NCBI GenBank assembly: GCA_910577685.1
Contig: CAJTOH010000013.1
Coordinates: 6,493-70,492, forward strand
Length of the DNA stretch: 64,000 nucleotides
Reading direction: 5' to 3'
Origin: an uncultured Dorea sp.
GTDB lineage: Bacteria > Bacillota > Clostridia > Lachnospirales > Lachnospiraceae
Within the stretch, counting starts at the first letter, position 1. The number at the start of each line of letters is the position of its first letter. Below are positions 1-9,417 of this stretch, piece after piece. The notes under the pieces were generated by a model. That model saw only the letters and a program-made list of their open reading frames with translations. It did no database searches and was not told the DNA's origin. A program made the translations under genes and the position numbers.

Positions 1-116
1 CATCTGTTTTCCCTTCATATTTTTTAATCTTGTCAAGAAAAATTCAAATTTGCAATCTTTTATTCTTCGAGCAAACAAAATATAATGTAGGTATGAGTTT
101 GTTTCGGTGGTGTGCT

Positions 117-272
117 ATGGATTATATGACATTAATGGAAGCCTGCGAAAAATGGAATATCTCTCCCCGGAGGATTAACTACTACTGCTCTGCCGGCCGT
201 ATTCCCGGTGCAGAAAAGAAAGGGACGGTATGGCTAATTCCTTATGGAGTGATAGAGTACAAATGTTTATAA
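117..272 (+). CDS. small helix-turn-helix DNA-binding protein (excisionase/MerR-like HTH)
   Basis: The track ORF 30..272 begins at a TTG. The internal ATG at 117 gives MDYMTLMEACEKWNISPRRINYYCSAGRIPGAEKKGTVWLIP, a typical single-HTH small protein (xEAAEKWGISxRRV...GRIxGAxKxGxxWxIP pattern). Start choice (93, 117 or 126) is uncertain. Confidence 0.55.
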   Translation: MDYMTLMEACEKWNISPRRINYYCSAGRIPGAEKKGTVWLIPYGVIEYKCL

Positions 273-286
273 AGGAGTGATGAAGT

Positions 287-1162
287 ATGCCGATAATACT
301 CGATCATCAACTGCGAGAACAGATACCGCACAGCAATTCAATATTTCCGATTACTTATTTCCATGACGAGCTTTCGGATCTGCCAAACTTTGCAGGGCCT
401 TTGCACTGGCACCCTGACTTTGAAATAGCTACTGCTGAAATCGGTGTTTTGGACTATCAAGTCGACCGGCATCATATTACGCTGGAGGCTGGTGACAGTA
501 TATTTGTCAACGGGAATATACTACATGGAATTAAGCAGGTGTTCGGCGATATTCCAGATCCAATGCCGAATATCGTTTTTTCCGGTGTCGTAATTGCTTC
601 TGAGAATAGTGCGATTTATCAAAAATATATTTTGCCCATAAGTCACTGCGATTCACTACCCTTTATTGTATTCAGACACGGTAACCAGTGCCACTATGAG
701 GTAAATCGTTTGATAAACGATACTTATAGTTTGTTGCGTGAACAACGTGGGTGTTATGAAATGGCTGTTCAGCGCAATCTTAATAGCATATTTGACTATA
801 TCTTCCGACATTTTGACGATTTGCCCAAATCCGAAGTTACACGAATACAAATCACCAACCATATACGCATTCAGAAAATGCTTTCGTATATTTACGAGCA
901 TTATATGGAATCTGTTACTCTCGAAGATATTGCCAGATCAGCCAACATAAGCCGCAGCGAGGCTGGCCGCTGTTTCAATGCTTATATGGGATGTTCGCCT
1001 ATTGAATCTCTAATTCAATACAGGCTACAAATCGCACATCGATTGCTTAACGACAAAAGTACGACGCTGCAAGAAATCAGTTATTCCTGTGGATTCAATT
1101 CTGTAAACTACTTTAGCCGGCAATTTAAGAAAAAATATGGGTATACACCTCGTCAAATTTAA
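287..1162 (+). CDS. AraC family transcriptional regulator (N-terminal cupin sensor plus C-terminal AraC HTH)
   Basis: AAGGAG RBS precedes the ATG. The N-terminus has a cupin-like HWHPDFEI..GD..NGNILHG motif. The C-terminus has LEDIARSANISRSEAGRCFNAYMGCSPIESLIQYRLQIAHRLL...ISYSCGFNSVNYFSRQFKKKYGYTP, the canonical AraC double HTH. Confidence 0.9.
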   Translation: MPIILDHQLREQIPHSNSIFPITYFHDELSDLPNFAGPLHWHPDFEIATAEIGVLDYQVDRHHITLEAGDSIFVNGNILHGIKQVFGDIPDPMPNIVFSGVVIASENSAIYQKYILPISHCDSLPFIVFRHGNQCHYEVNRLINDTYSLLREQRGCYEMAVQRNLNSIFDYIFRHFDDLPKSEVTRIQITNHIRIQKMLSYIYEHYMESVTLEDIARSANISRSEAGRCFNAYMGCSPIESLIQYRLQIAHRLLNDKSTTLQEISYSCGFNSVNYFSRQFKKKYGYTPRQI

Positions 1163-1269
1163 GAATTGGGTAAATAATACTTATTTTGAGCGTTTTTATG
1201 CCTTTATTATTCTTAAATTAAGGTGATATTATACATATAAAATACTTTATTATCTTCATAGGAGTTATC

Positions 1270-2460
1270 ATGATTATGCAAAAGAATTACAGGAAGACCC
1301 TTATCACTTGTTATCTTGGTTTTATTACGCAAGCTATTGTAGCAAATTTTGCTCCGCTGCTGTTTTTGAGATTTCACAGCGAATATGGCATTTCGCTCGG
1401 CAAAATTGCATTGATTTCAACTGTTTTTTATATTACGCAAATACTGATCGACATGTTTTGCGCAAAATTTGTAGATCGGATTGGATATCGGAAAAGTGTG
1501 GTATTCTCTCAGTTTCTGTCGGCTGTCGGACTTATCGGATTAGCTTTTTTACCAAAATGCTTTCCGGATCCTTTTGTCGGAATTATAATCAGTGTAGTTA
1601 TCTATGCCGTCGGAAGCGGCTTAATTGAAGTATTGGTAAGCCCTATTGTAGAAGCCTGTCCGTTTGATAATAAGGATAGTGTTATGAGTTTGCTCCATTC
1701 ATTCTATTGTTGGGGCGTTGTAGGTGTCGTTGTTCTTTCAACCCTTTTCTTTGCAGTTTTTGGGATAGAGCATTGGCGGATTTTGGCGTGTCTGTGGGCT
1801 TTACTGCCGTTATTGAATGCTTATAATTTCATGATCTGTCCGATTGAACGGCTGACGGATGAAGGAAACGGGCTAACGATAAAAGAACTGTTCGCTCTCC
1901 CGGTGTTTTGGCTGTTTATTGTTTTAATGGTTGGTGCAGGCGCCAGCGAAGCGTCTATGGCGCAATGGGCGTCGGCTTATACAGAATCGGCGTTAGGTTT
2001 TTCAAAAAGTGTTGGAGATATTGCCGGACCGTGTATGTTCGCCGTTTCAATGGGGGTAAGCCGTGTCCTTTACGGAAAATCCGGACACAAAATGGACTTG
2101 ACAAACTTTATGTTTGGTTCAGGTATTCTATGTTTGATCTGCTATTTACTTTCAGCAGTTTCAGCCAATCCTGTTTTGGGATTGATCGGCTGCATCGTCT
2201 GTGGCTTTTCTGTTGGTATTATGTGGCCCGGTTCAATCAGCATTGCTTCGGGCAGAATCCCTTTGGGCGGTACAGGATTATTTGCTCTGCTTGCTATGGG
2301 CGGTGATTTGGGCGCTTCTATCGGTCCCGGAGTTATAGGCGCTGTAACGCAAAATGCAAACGATAATATGAAAGCAGGAATGCTTGCAGGATGTATTTTT
2401 CCGGTCGTTCTGATTATATCAGTATGTCTGATAAAATTTTTTGGCAAAAAGAAAGTTTGA
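1270..2460 (+). CDS. MFS transporter
   Basis: 396 aa with about 12 predicted hydrophobic helices, a DRIGYRK loop motif after TM2 and a central hydrophilic loop. TAGGAG RBS is present. It lies directly downstream of the AraC regulator. Confidence 0.8.
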   Translation: MIMQKNYRKTLITCYLGFITQAIVANFAPLLFLRFHSEYGISLGKIALISTVFYITQILIDMFCAKFVDRIGYRKSVVFSQFLSAVGLIGLAFLPKCFPDPFVGIIISVVIYAVGSGLIEVLVSPIVEACPFDNKDSVMSLLHSFYCWGVVGVVVLSTLFFAVFGIEHWRILACLWALLPLLNAYNFMICPIERLTDEGNGLTIKELFALPVFWLFIVLMVGAGASEASMAQWASAYTESALGFSKSVGDIAGPCMFAVSMGVSRVLYGKSGHKMDLTNFMFGSGILCLICYLLSAVSANPVLGLIGCIVCGFSVGIMWPGSISIASGRIPLGGTGLFALLAMGGDLGASIGPGVIGAVTQNANDNMKAGMLAGCIFPVVLIISVCLIKFFGKKKV

Positions 2461-2663
2461 TTAAAATAGATAATGACAAAACAAGGTTACAGATACGGGA
2501 AGATTCAGCTTTTCCATCAAACGCCGGCAGGAATAGTTCTCCTTAACAGCTGCTTTGAGAGCATGGAGAAAGACAGAAACAGTTATTCGAAACCAGACCT
2601 GGCAACAGAGTGCAGCCAAAATCAGCAACAAGGGATTTTTGTGTCCTACAACAGGATGATCGA

Positions 2664-2732
2664 CAAAAAAAGAGAGCTCCCGCAGAGGAGTCCATACTGA
2701 AAAGCACGGATTTCTGCGGGAGTTCTCTTTTT
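2664..2732. terminator. bidirectional rho-independent terminator (mgsA / MFS gene)
   Basis: A 13-16 bp GC-rich stem pairs GAGCTCCCGCAGA (2674-2686) with TCTGCGGGAGTTC (2713-2725). It is flanked by an A-run (2664-2672) and a T-run (2728-2732). The loop is rather large at about 26 nt. Confidence 0.6.
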
Positions 2733-2780
2733 AGGGGAAACAGGTCTAAAAAGTGTCATTACCCGACAGCCCCACGCCCA

Positions 2781-3263
2781 TTATTCCTGTTTCATACTCG
2801 CTACACGTTCCTGAACCGTCTTATTAAAATTCTGCACCTTCCGGTCGTAGGTTCCTTCCATATACTTGGAATTCAGCATGAAGTCCGCCGTCGCCAGATT
2901 ATTCGCAATCGGGATATCATACACAACCGCAATACGCAGAAGCGCCTTTACGTCCGGGTCATGAGGCTGCGCCTCCAACGGATCCCATAAGAAAATCATA
3001 AAGTCAATCTGACCTTCCACAATCTTCGCGCCAATCTGCTGATCCCCTCCTAACGGGCCGCTGTTGTATCCCTTTACCGGAAGCCCGGTCTTCTCTGCGA
3101 TCAGCCTTGAAGTCGTGCCTGTCCCGCACAGGAAATGCCCTTTCAAGATCTCCTTATTCCTGTCGCACCACTCCACCAGTTCCTTCTTTTTACCGTCGTG
3201 CGCCACCAGCGCGATGTGCTTGGTCTTTCCAATCTCAAACGTCACAAAATTCTCTGCTGCCAT
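2781..3263 (-). CDS. mgsA: methylglyoxal synthase
   Basis: HIALVAHDGKK...GTGTT...GPLGGDQQIGA...WDPLEAQPHDPDVKALLRIAVVYDIPIANNLATADF matches the MgsA signature along its whole length. Confidence 0.95.
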   Translation of the reverse strand: MAAENFVTFEIGKTKHIALVAHDGKKKELVEWCDRNKEILKGHFLCGTGTTSRLIAEKTGLPVKGYNSGPLGGDQQIGAKIVEGQIDFMIFLWDPLEAQPHDPDVKALLRIAVVYDIPIANNLATADFMLNSKYMEGTYDRKVQNFNKTVQERVASMKQE

Positions 3264-3301
3264 CTCTTACTCCTTTCAACATTGCCAAGGCAATTGCCAA
3301 G

Positions 3302-4198
3302 TTACTCTCTATCCTCTTCTTCTCCGTCGTCCGCAGTCTCTTCATAGTATTTCATCAACGCCTGCGTCCCAAGGCCGCCGTATCCTTTCGCCGCCAGCTC
3401 CTCATAATTCGCCAGAGCCTGACTTAACACATCCAGACAGAGGCCGCTCATATTGGCTTCCGTAAGCGCAAGCTTCATATCCTTAATAAAATGCTTCATG
3501 AAGAATCCCGGCGCATAATCCCCGGCCAAAATCTTCGGCCCGAAGGTATCTAACTGCTTACTGCCTGCCGCCCCGGTAGAAACGGAATCAAGAAGCACCT
3601 GAAGGCCAAGCCCCTTCGCTTTAGCATACGTCAGCGCTTCACAGACTCCCGACAGCGCTCCTGCGATCATGATCTGGTTCGCAAGCTTTGCATGCTGCCC
3701 GCATCCCGCCTCTCCCTGATAGTTGATATTCGTCCCCATCGCCTGAAACAACGGCATACACGCCTCATAGTCCTCTTTCTCACCGCCGACAAGAATCGAC
3801 AAAGTTCCCGCCTTTGCGCCGGTATCTCCGCCCGTCACAGGCGCGTCCAGCACATGGAACCCCTTTTTGCTTCCTGCCTCCCAGATCTTCTTCGCAAGCA
3901 TGGGGCTGGTGGTCGTCATATCAATCAGATAAGCCCCTTCCTTCCCGCTGTCAAGAATATTCTCCTTATCGAAATAAACCTCTTCCACATCCTGCGGGAA
4001 ACCAACGATCGTAATCACGGCCTCACATCCGTCCACACATTCCTTAATAGACTCATGAAAAACCGCTCCCTCTTCAATCACATCCTCAACCTTCGCCTTC
4101 GTTCTGGCAAAAATATGAAGCTCAAAGCCAGCCTTCATCAGATTGCGGACCATTGACTTTCCCATGATCCCCACGCCTATAAATCCAATTTTATGCAT
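3302..4198 (-). CDS. NAD(P)-dependent beta-hydroxyacid dehydrogenase (3-hydroxyisobutyrate / tartronate-semialdehyde reductase family)
   Basis: The N-terminus has the Rossmann motif IGFIGVGIMG, followed by DAPVTGG and a C-terminal 6PGDH-like helical domain. The track start is a TTG abutting the AGGAGG, so I chose the ATG (MHKIGF) 6 nt after the RBS. Confidence 0.85.
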   Translation of the reverse strand: MHKIGFIGVGIMGKSMVRNLMKAGFELHIFARTKAKVEDVIEEGAVFHESIKECVDGCEAVITIVGFPQDVEEVYFDKENILDSGKEGAYLIDMTTTSPMLAKKIWEAGSKKGFHVLDAPVTGGDTGAKAGTLSILVGGEKEDYEACMPLFQAMGTNINYQGEAGCGQHAKLANQIMIAGALSGVCEALTYAKAKGLGLQVLLDSVSTGAAGSKQLDTFGPKILAGDYAPGFFMKHFIKDMKLALTEANMSGLCLDVLSQALANYEELAAKGYGGLGTQALMKYYEETADDGEEEDRE

Positions 4199-4254
4199 CT
4201 TCAACCTCCTGTTCCTCTCTCCTAAGCCGGACCAAGCCCGTCCGGAAAAAACGG

Positions 4255-4923
4255 TTACTCCATCCTCTCCACAACCTCGCCCTGCTTCTTATAGATACTT
4301 CCTGCCGGAACATATCCTCTTACGCAGGAAAGAGGGTAAATATTCGTGCGGCTTCCGACTACGCTTCCCGGATTCAGTACGGTACCGCATCCCACCTCCA
4401 CCTCATCGCCCAGCATGGCGCCGAATTTCTTCATGCCTGTCTCAATATTTCCCTCAGGCGTCTTAACCACAACCAGCTTCTTATCGGACTTCACATTAGA
4501 CGTAATGGAACCTGCACCCATATGCGCTTTATACCCCAGAACAGAATCCCCCACGTAATTATAGTGAGGCACCTGAACCTTGTTAAACAGAATTACATTC
4601 TTAAGCTCCGTAGAATTACCGACCACGGCGCCCTCGCCGACAATCGCATTCCCCCGGATAAACGCACACTGCCTGATTTCCGCATCCTTCCCAATGATCG
4701 CAGGACCGTGGATGTAAGCAGACTCAAACACCTTCGCCGACTTTGCGATCCAAACATCCCCGCCGACCTTGTCATACTCCTCCTCAGGAAGCGTCTCCCC
4801 CAGCCGGAGGATAAATTCGCTGATCTTCGGAAGAACCTCCCAGGGATAGGTAACACCCTCGAAGATATCCTTCGCAATCGTCTCGTCCAATGTGTACAAC
4901 TCCTTGACTGTTAATTCCTTCAT
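4255..4923 (-). CDS. left-handed beta-helix (hexapeptide-repeat) protein, GlmU C-terminal-like acyltransferase
   Basis: Repeated [LIV]-G-x-x-x-x hexapeptide periodicity (IIGKDAEIRQCAFIRGNAIVGEGAVVGNSTELKNVILF...VGDSVLGYKAHMGAGS). There is no nucleotidyltransferase domain. Confidence 0.7.
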   Translation of the reverse strand: MKELTVKELYTLDETIAKDIFEGVTYPWEVLPKISEFILRLGETLPEEEYDKVGGDVWIAKSAKVFESAYIHGPAIIGKDAEIRQCAFIRGNAIVGEGAVVGNSTELKNVILFNKVQVPHYNYVGDSVLGYKAHMGAGSITSNVKSDKKLVVVKTPEGNIETGMKKFGAMLGDEVEVGCGTVLNPGSVVGSRTNIYPLSCVRGYVPAGSIYKKQGEVVERME

Positions 4924-4996
4924 TCTGCCTGTCTCCCTTTCTTACTGCTTTTTGAGTCTCCTCTTGATATTTTATCACATCTTCTGCGCCGTCACA

Positions 4997-7054
4997 TCAT
5001 TTTTTCTGCATATTAAGAAATTTCTCAGTTTTTTGGTAAGCCTCTGCCGCCTTGTCGTAGCACGCCCGAAGCTGGCTCTGGTTATAAAGCCCTTTCACCC
5101 CTTCTGTCCTGCTTACGATAAAATGGTTCAGTTTCGCCATATATTCGTCCGGCGTAATCTCCCCGTCGGCCACATAAGTAAGGCCTTTCTCCCAGCTCGC
5201 CGTAAGCTCCGGGTTTAAAAGCGACTTAATAGAATGTTCCACCACGTCGAAAACCATCTCCCCCAGCAGGGTAGGCGTTACGGTCTGGGTCTTTTTGTTC
5301 AGGGCGAGATACTCGATATTAAACAGCTTCTTTAAGATCTCTCCTCTGGTCGCGCTGGTCCCGATCCCGCTGCCCTTGATCTGCGCCCGCAGTTCCTCGT
5401 CCTCGATCAACTGTCCGGCATTCTCCATAGCAAGAATCATAGAACCTGAATTATACCTCTTGGGCGCAGAGGTCTTTCCCTCCTTGATCTCCAAAGACCG
5501 GACAGGAAGGGGCATCCCCTTCTTTAGAGCCTGTATTTTCCGGAAAAATGCGGCGTCCGTACTGCCTTTCGCCCCATCCTCCTCACCCGCGTTTTGTTTT
5601 TGCGGGTCATCCTCCTTCGGTGCCTCTTTCTTCTGCCCGGGGATTCCCGCAACCTTCAGATAGCCTTCCTCCGCAAGCACCTTGAAACTTGCGAAGAAAG
5701 ACTCCTCCTTCATCTTCGTGACAATCTGGATCTTCTGATAGACCGCCGGGGGATAAAAAATACTCAGAAACCTTCTCACAATCACGTCATAGACCTTCCC
5801 CGACATATGCGGCAGCGCCGGCAGCGCATTAAGTCCCTGTCCTGTCGGAATGATCGCGTAATGGTCCGTAATCTGCTTATCGTTGACATATCTGGTCTTC
5901 TCAAGCCCCTTATGGCTTCCGAACCCTACGATATCCTTCAGGAACGGTACGGCCGGTTCATACTTCATCAAGCCGTTCAAGTTTTTATTAATCTCCTTTG
6001 CCACAGCCGCAGACAAAACCCTTGCATCCGTCCTTGGATAGGTCACCAGCTTCTTCTCATACATCTCCTGCACTATGCGGAGAGTCTCGTCCGGGCTGAT
6101 CTTAAACCGTTTAGAACATTCATTCTGCAGTTCCGCCAGATTAAACAAAAGAGGAGGGTTCTTCTTTTCCTTCTTCTTCTCAATCGAAACAATCTGGCAG
6201 GACAGCGGCATATCCTCACTCAGATAAGCAATCAATTCCTCCGCCTTCTCGCGTTCCTTGAATCCATTTTCCTTATAAAGGTCAAAAGATTCAAACCACC
6301 GTGAGCCTTTGACGGCCCGCCACTCTCCCTCGAATGTCTCCCCCGGTTCCCCGTTTGAGCTGATCACCCGGTAAAAAGGCGTCTCGACGAATTCCCGTAT
6401 CTCCCGCTCCCGCCGGACCACCATGCCGAGCACGCAAGTCATCACCCTGCCTACCGAAACCACGGAACGTTCTGTCTTCAGATAATTTGCAATGCTGCTG
6501 CCGTATTTTAACGTTAGTAGACGAGAGAAATTTATCCCCATCAGATAATCTTCTTTTGCCCTGAGATACGCCGACGCCGACAGATTGTCGTATTCTTTCA
6601 GATCCTTCGCCTCACGGATCCCCCTCAGGATCTCCTCCTCCGTCTGGGAGTCGATCCACACCCTGCGGCGTTCCTTCCCCTTTACCTTCGCCTGCTGTTC
6701 CACCAACCGATAGATATATTCCCCCTCCCGGCCGGAGTCCGTACACACATAGATCCGCTCCACATCCTTCCGATTCAAAAGCTTTGAAACGATCTGAAAC
6801 TGCTTGGCGACAGCCGGAATCACCTCATACTTAAACTCCCCCGGTATAAAAGGCAGAGTCTCAAGACTCCACCTCTTAAGGCCGGGATCATACACTTCCG
6901 GATAACTCATAGTCACCAGATGCCCCACGCACCAAGTGACCACCGCCTCCTCCGACTCCAGATATCCGTCCCCCCTTCTCACATTCATCTTCAGCGCCCT
7001 GGCAAATTCCTGCGCCACACTTGGTTTCTCTGCAATATAAAGTGATTTCCCCAT
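4997..7054 (-). CDS. topB: DNA topoisomerase III (type IA)
   Basis: The N-terminus has the TOPRIM segment LYIAEKPSVAQEFARAL...VTWCVGHL, then DSGREGEYI, then the TYPRTD active-site Tyr region. The 685-aa length fits TopB. Confidence 0.9.
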   Translation of the reverse strand: MGKSLYIAEKPSVAQEFARALKMNVRRGDGYLESEEAVVTWCVGHLVTMSYPEVYDPGLKRWSLETLPFIPGEFKYEVIPAVAKQFQIVSKLLNRKDVERIYVCTDSGREGEYIYRLVEQQAKVKGKERRRVWIDSQTEEEILRGIREAKDLKEYDNLSASAYLRAKEDYLMGINFSRLLTLKYGSSIANYLKTERSVVSVGRVMTCVLGMVVRREREIREFVETPFYRVISSNGEPGETFEGEWRAVKGSRWFESFDLYKENGFKEREKAEELIAYLSEDMPLSCQIVSIEKKKEKKNPPLLFNLAELQNECSKRFKISPDETLRIVQEMYEKKLVTYPRTDARVLSAAVAKEINKNLNGLMKYEPAVPFLKDIVGFGSHKGLEKTRYVNDKQITDHYAIIPTGQGLNALPALPHMSGKVYDVIVRRFLSIFYPPAVYQKIQIVTKMKEESFFASFKVLAEEGYLKVAGIPGQKKEAPKEDDPQKQNAGEEDGAKGSTDAAFFRKIQALKKGMPLPVRSLEIKEGKTSAPKRYNSGSMILAMENAGQLIEDEELRAQIKGSGIGTSATRGEILKKLFNIEYLALNKKTQTVTPTLLGEMVFDVVEHSIKSLLNPELTASWEKGLTYVADGEITPDEYMAKLNHFIVSRTEGVKGLYNQSQLRACYDKAAEAYQKTEKFLNMQKK

Positions 7055-7069
7055 ATAAACGATTCTTCC

Positions 7070-9193
7070 TTATTTTCTTATATTCTCGACTAATTCCCTG
7101 ATCCACTCGCGAAGATTCCGCTCCTCCTTGGGAACCGTCCTCTTAGCATGGATCGCTTCCTCCATAAATGCCGCCTGAGAGTCCAAAAGCGGCTCCGCAG
7201 CCTTCTTCTTCACGTAGGAACCGTCGCTTAGCAGCACCCGCGCCTTCACATTGTCGCCTAACATTATTTTCAGATAATGATTAATCTGGCGGCGGATGCC
7301 GTCGTCCAGAATCGGACACGCAACCTCCACGCGCTTTTCCGTATTCCTCGTCATCATATCCGCCGAACCGATATAAACCTTCTGTTCCGCCCCCGTGCCG
7401 AAACTGAATATACGTGCATGCTCAAGATATCTTCCCACGATACTCATCACCCGGACGTTCTCCGTGTATCCGGGCACTCCCGGAAGGATACAGCAGATTC
7501 CCCGAATAATCAGATCCACCCGCACCCCTGCTCCGGAAGCCTCGCAGACCTTCGTGATATAATCAACGTCCGTCAGTGAATTCATCTTCATGATCACCCG
7601 GCCGCCGCTTCCCTTCTTAATCTCTTCATCTATAAGATACAGCACCTTCTGTTTCAGGCTGGTAGGCGCTACGATCAGATGCCCGTAGGTTCCGTCCAGA
7701 TTCCCAATAGACATATTCTTAAAGAACTCCGCGGCATCCTTCCCGATCGCCGGATTCGCGGTCATCAGCGACAGGTCCGTATACATCGCCGCCGTCTTCT
7801 CATTATAATTGCCGGTCCCGATCTGGGTAATATACTGGATCTCATTCCGGTTGCGGTAGGTGATTAAACAGATCTTGGAATGAACCTTATAAGACTCGAA
7901 ACCGTAGATCACCCTGCATCCCGCCTCTTCCATACGCTCGGACCAGTCGATATTGTTCTGCTCGTCGAACCTCGCCCTAAGCTCGATAAGAACAGTCACA
8001 TCCTTCCCGTTCTCGGCCGCCGCACACAGATACTCCACCAGCCTCGCCTTCTTCGCAAGACGGTAGATCGTAATCTTGATGGTCATCACGTTTGGATCCG
8101 CCGAAGCCTCCTTGATCATCTTGAGAAATGGATTCATGCTCTCATAAGGATAGTATAAGAGGACATCCCGTTTCTTGACCTGCCGCATAACGCTCCCCTC
8201 CGACACATGGGCGGAATTCTGCGGCGTAAAGGGCTGATAGATCAATGAACGCTTCATAGATTCCGGCAGCTTGTCGCTGATCGCAAATATAAACGCCAGT
8301 TTCATAGGGATCTTCGTCCGGAAAATCTGATGAGGTTCGATATTAAATTTGTCGCAGAAATACGCCTCGGTATCCGGTTTCATCTTCTCCGCGATCTCCA
8401 GACGGACGACGGCCATCCGGCGCCTCTTATGCAGCGTCTCTTTCATCAGATAACGGAAATCATCGCTGACGTCCAAAGCCTCGTCGTCCGGCGCGATATC
8501 CGCATTTCTCGTCACGCAGATATAGTTGGCGTCCGATACCTCGTATTTAGAAAAGACAAGGTCCAGATGCTCTAAGATGACCTTCTCCATGCGGATATAG
8601 CGGATATCATGACCCGGAAGATACAGGACATCCGACACAAACTGCGGAATCGGCACAAGCCCCATCATGGATTTGGAGTTCGCCTTCTCCTTGAACTTTA
8701 AGTTCGCCGTCACATAGACTTCCTTATTAAGCAGATGGGGAAACGGATGGTTCGCATCTACGATCTGGGGCGACAGCACGGGAAGAATCTGGTCTTTGAA
8801 ATATTTCTTCACATACTTCTTCTCGTTCTGTTCCAGTTCCTTGAAGTTCAGCCCGCAGATGCCGTAAGGACTAAGCTGCTTCTTGATCTCCGCATACGCC
8901 TTATCCCGTTCCTTATAAAGCGGCGCGACAGCCTCAAAAATCTTATCCAACTGTTCCTTCGCGGTCAATCCGGAACGGCTGTCCCGTCTGTTAGCGTCCG
9001 TGTGCGCCATATCAAACAGGCTTCCCACACGGATCATGAAGAATTCATCCAGATTGCTGCTGAATATGGCGACAAATTTCATACGCTCTAAGAGAGGCAC
9101 CGTAGGATCCTGTGCTTCCTCAAGCACCCTTTTGTTGAATTTCAGCCATGATAACTCCCTGTTCTGGGTATAGTTTAGTATCTCTTTATCCAT
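7070..9193 (-). CDS. ppk1: polyphosphate kinase 1
   Basis: NRELSWLKFNKRVLEEA N-terminus, an H-containing autophosphorylation region, and two PLD-like HKD modules (VHSKICLI..., VGRYLEHARIF). Confidence 0.95.
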   Translation of the reverse strand: MDKEILNYTQNRELSWLKFNKRVLEEAQDPTVPLLERMKFVAIFSSNLDEFFMIRVGSLFDMAHTDANRRDSRSGLTAKEQLDKIFEAVAPLYKERDKAYAEIKKQLSPYGICGLNFKELEQNEKKYVKKYFKDQILPVLSPQIVDANHPFPHLLNKEVYVTANLKFKEKANSKSMMGLVPIPQFVSDVLYLPGHDIRYIRMEKVILEHLDLVFSKYEVSDANYICVTRNADIAPDDEALDVSDDFRYLMKETLHKRRRMAVVRLEIAEKMKPDTEAYFCDKFNIEPHQIFRTKIPMKLAFIFAISDKLPESMKRSLIYQPFTPQNSAHVSEGSVMRQVKKRDVLLYYPYESMNPFLKMIKEASADPNVMTIKITIYRLAKKARLVEYLCAAAENGKDVTVLIELRARFDEQNNIDWSERMEEAGCRVIYGFESYKVHSKICLITYRNRNEIQYITQIGTGNYNEKTAAMYTDLSLMTANPAIGKDAAEFFKNMSIGNLDGTYGHLIVAPTSLKQKVLYLIDEEIKKGSGGRVIMKMNSLTDVDYITKVCEASGAGVRVDLIIRGICCILPGVPGYTENVRVMSIVGRYLEHARIFSFGTGAEQKVYIGSADMMTRNTEKRVEVACPILDDGIRRQINHYLKIMLGDNVKARVLLSDGSYVKKKAAEPLLDSQAAFMEEAIHAKRTVPKEERNLREWIRELVENIRK

Positions 9194-9329
9194 ATCTGCT
9201 ACCTCGCATCTTTGCTTTTATCTATTTATTTTACCACCTGCCGGTAGGAAATGAAAGAAGGAATTTCCAGATATTAACTCCGAATAGGCGTGTGAACATT
9301 AACCAGAAAAGGGCTATCGCATTAAGCAT

Positions 9330-9381
9330 AAAATCTACAAGATATGGCATTCCCCAAAAAACTATCTTCTACCATATCTTG
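9330..9381 (-). terminator. putative terminator downstream of asd
   Basis: A perfect 10-bp stem pairs CAAGATATGG (9338-9347) with CCATATCTTG (9372-9381), followed on the minus strand by TAGATTTT. The 24-nt loop is large. Confidence 0.4.
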
Positions 9382-9417
9382 TAATCGTCCTGCTTATTGC
9401 AACAGCCCTCTCATCGC

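Noticed and set aside
2473-2990. ORFs 2473..2700 (75 aa) and 2610..2990 (126 aa) in and around the MFS-mgsA spacer.
   Set aside because: They have no RBS and no recognisable motifs. One runs through the terminator hairpin and antisense into mgsA. The spacer may be a decayed remnant, but I cannot support a gene.
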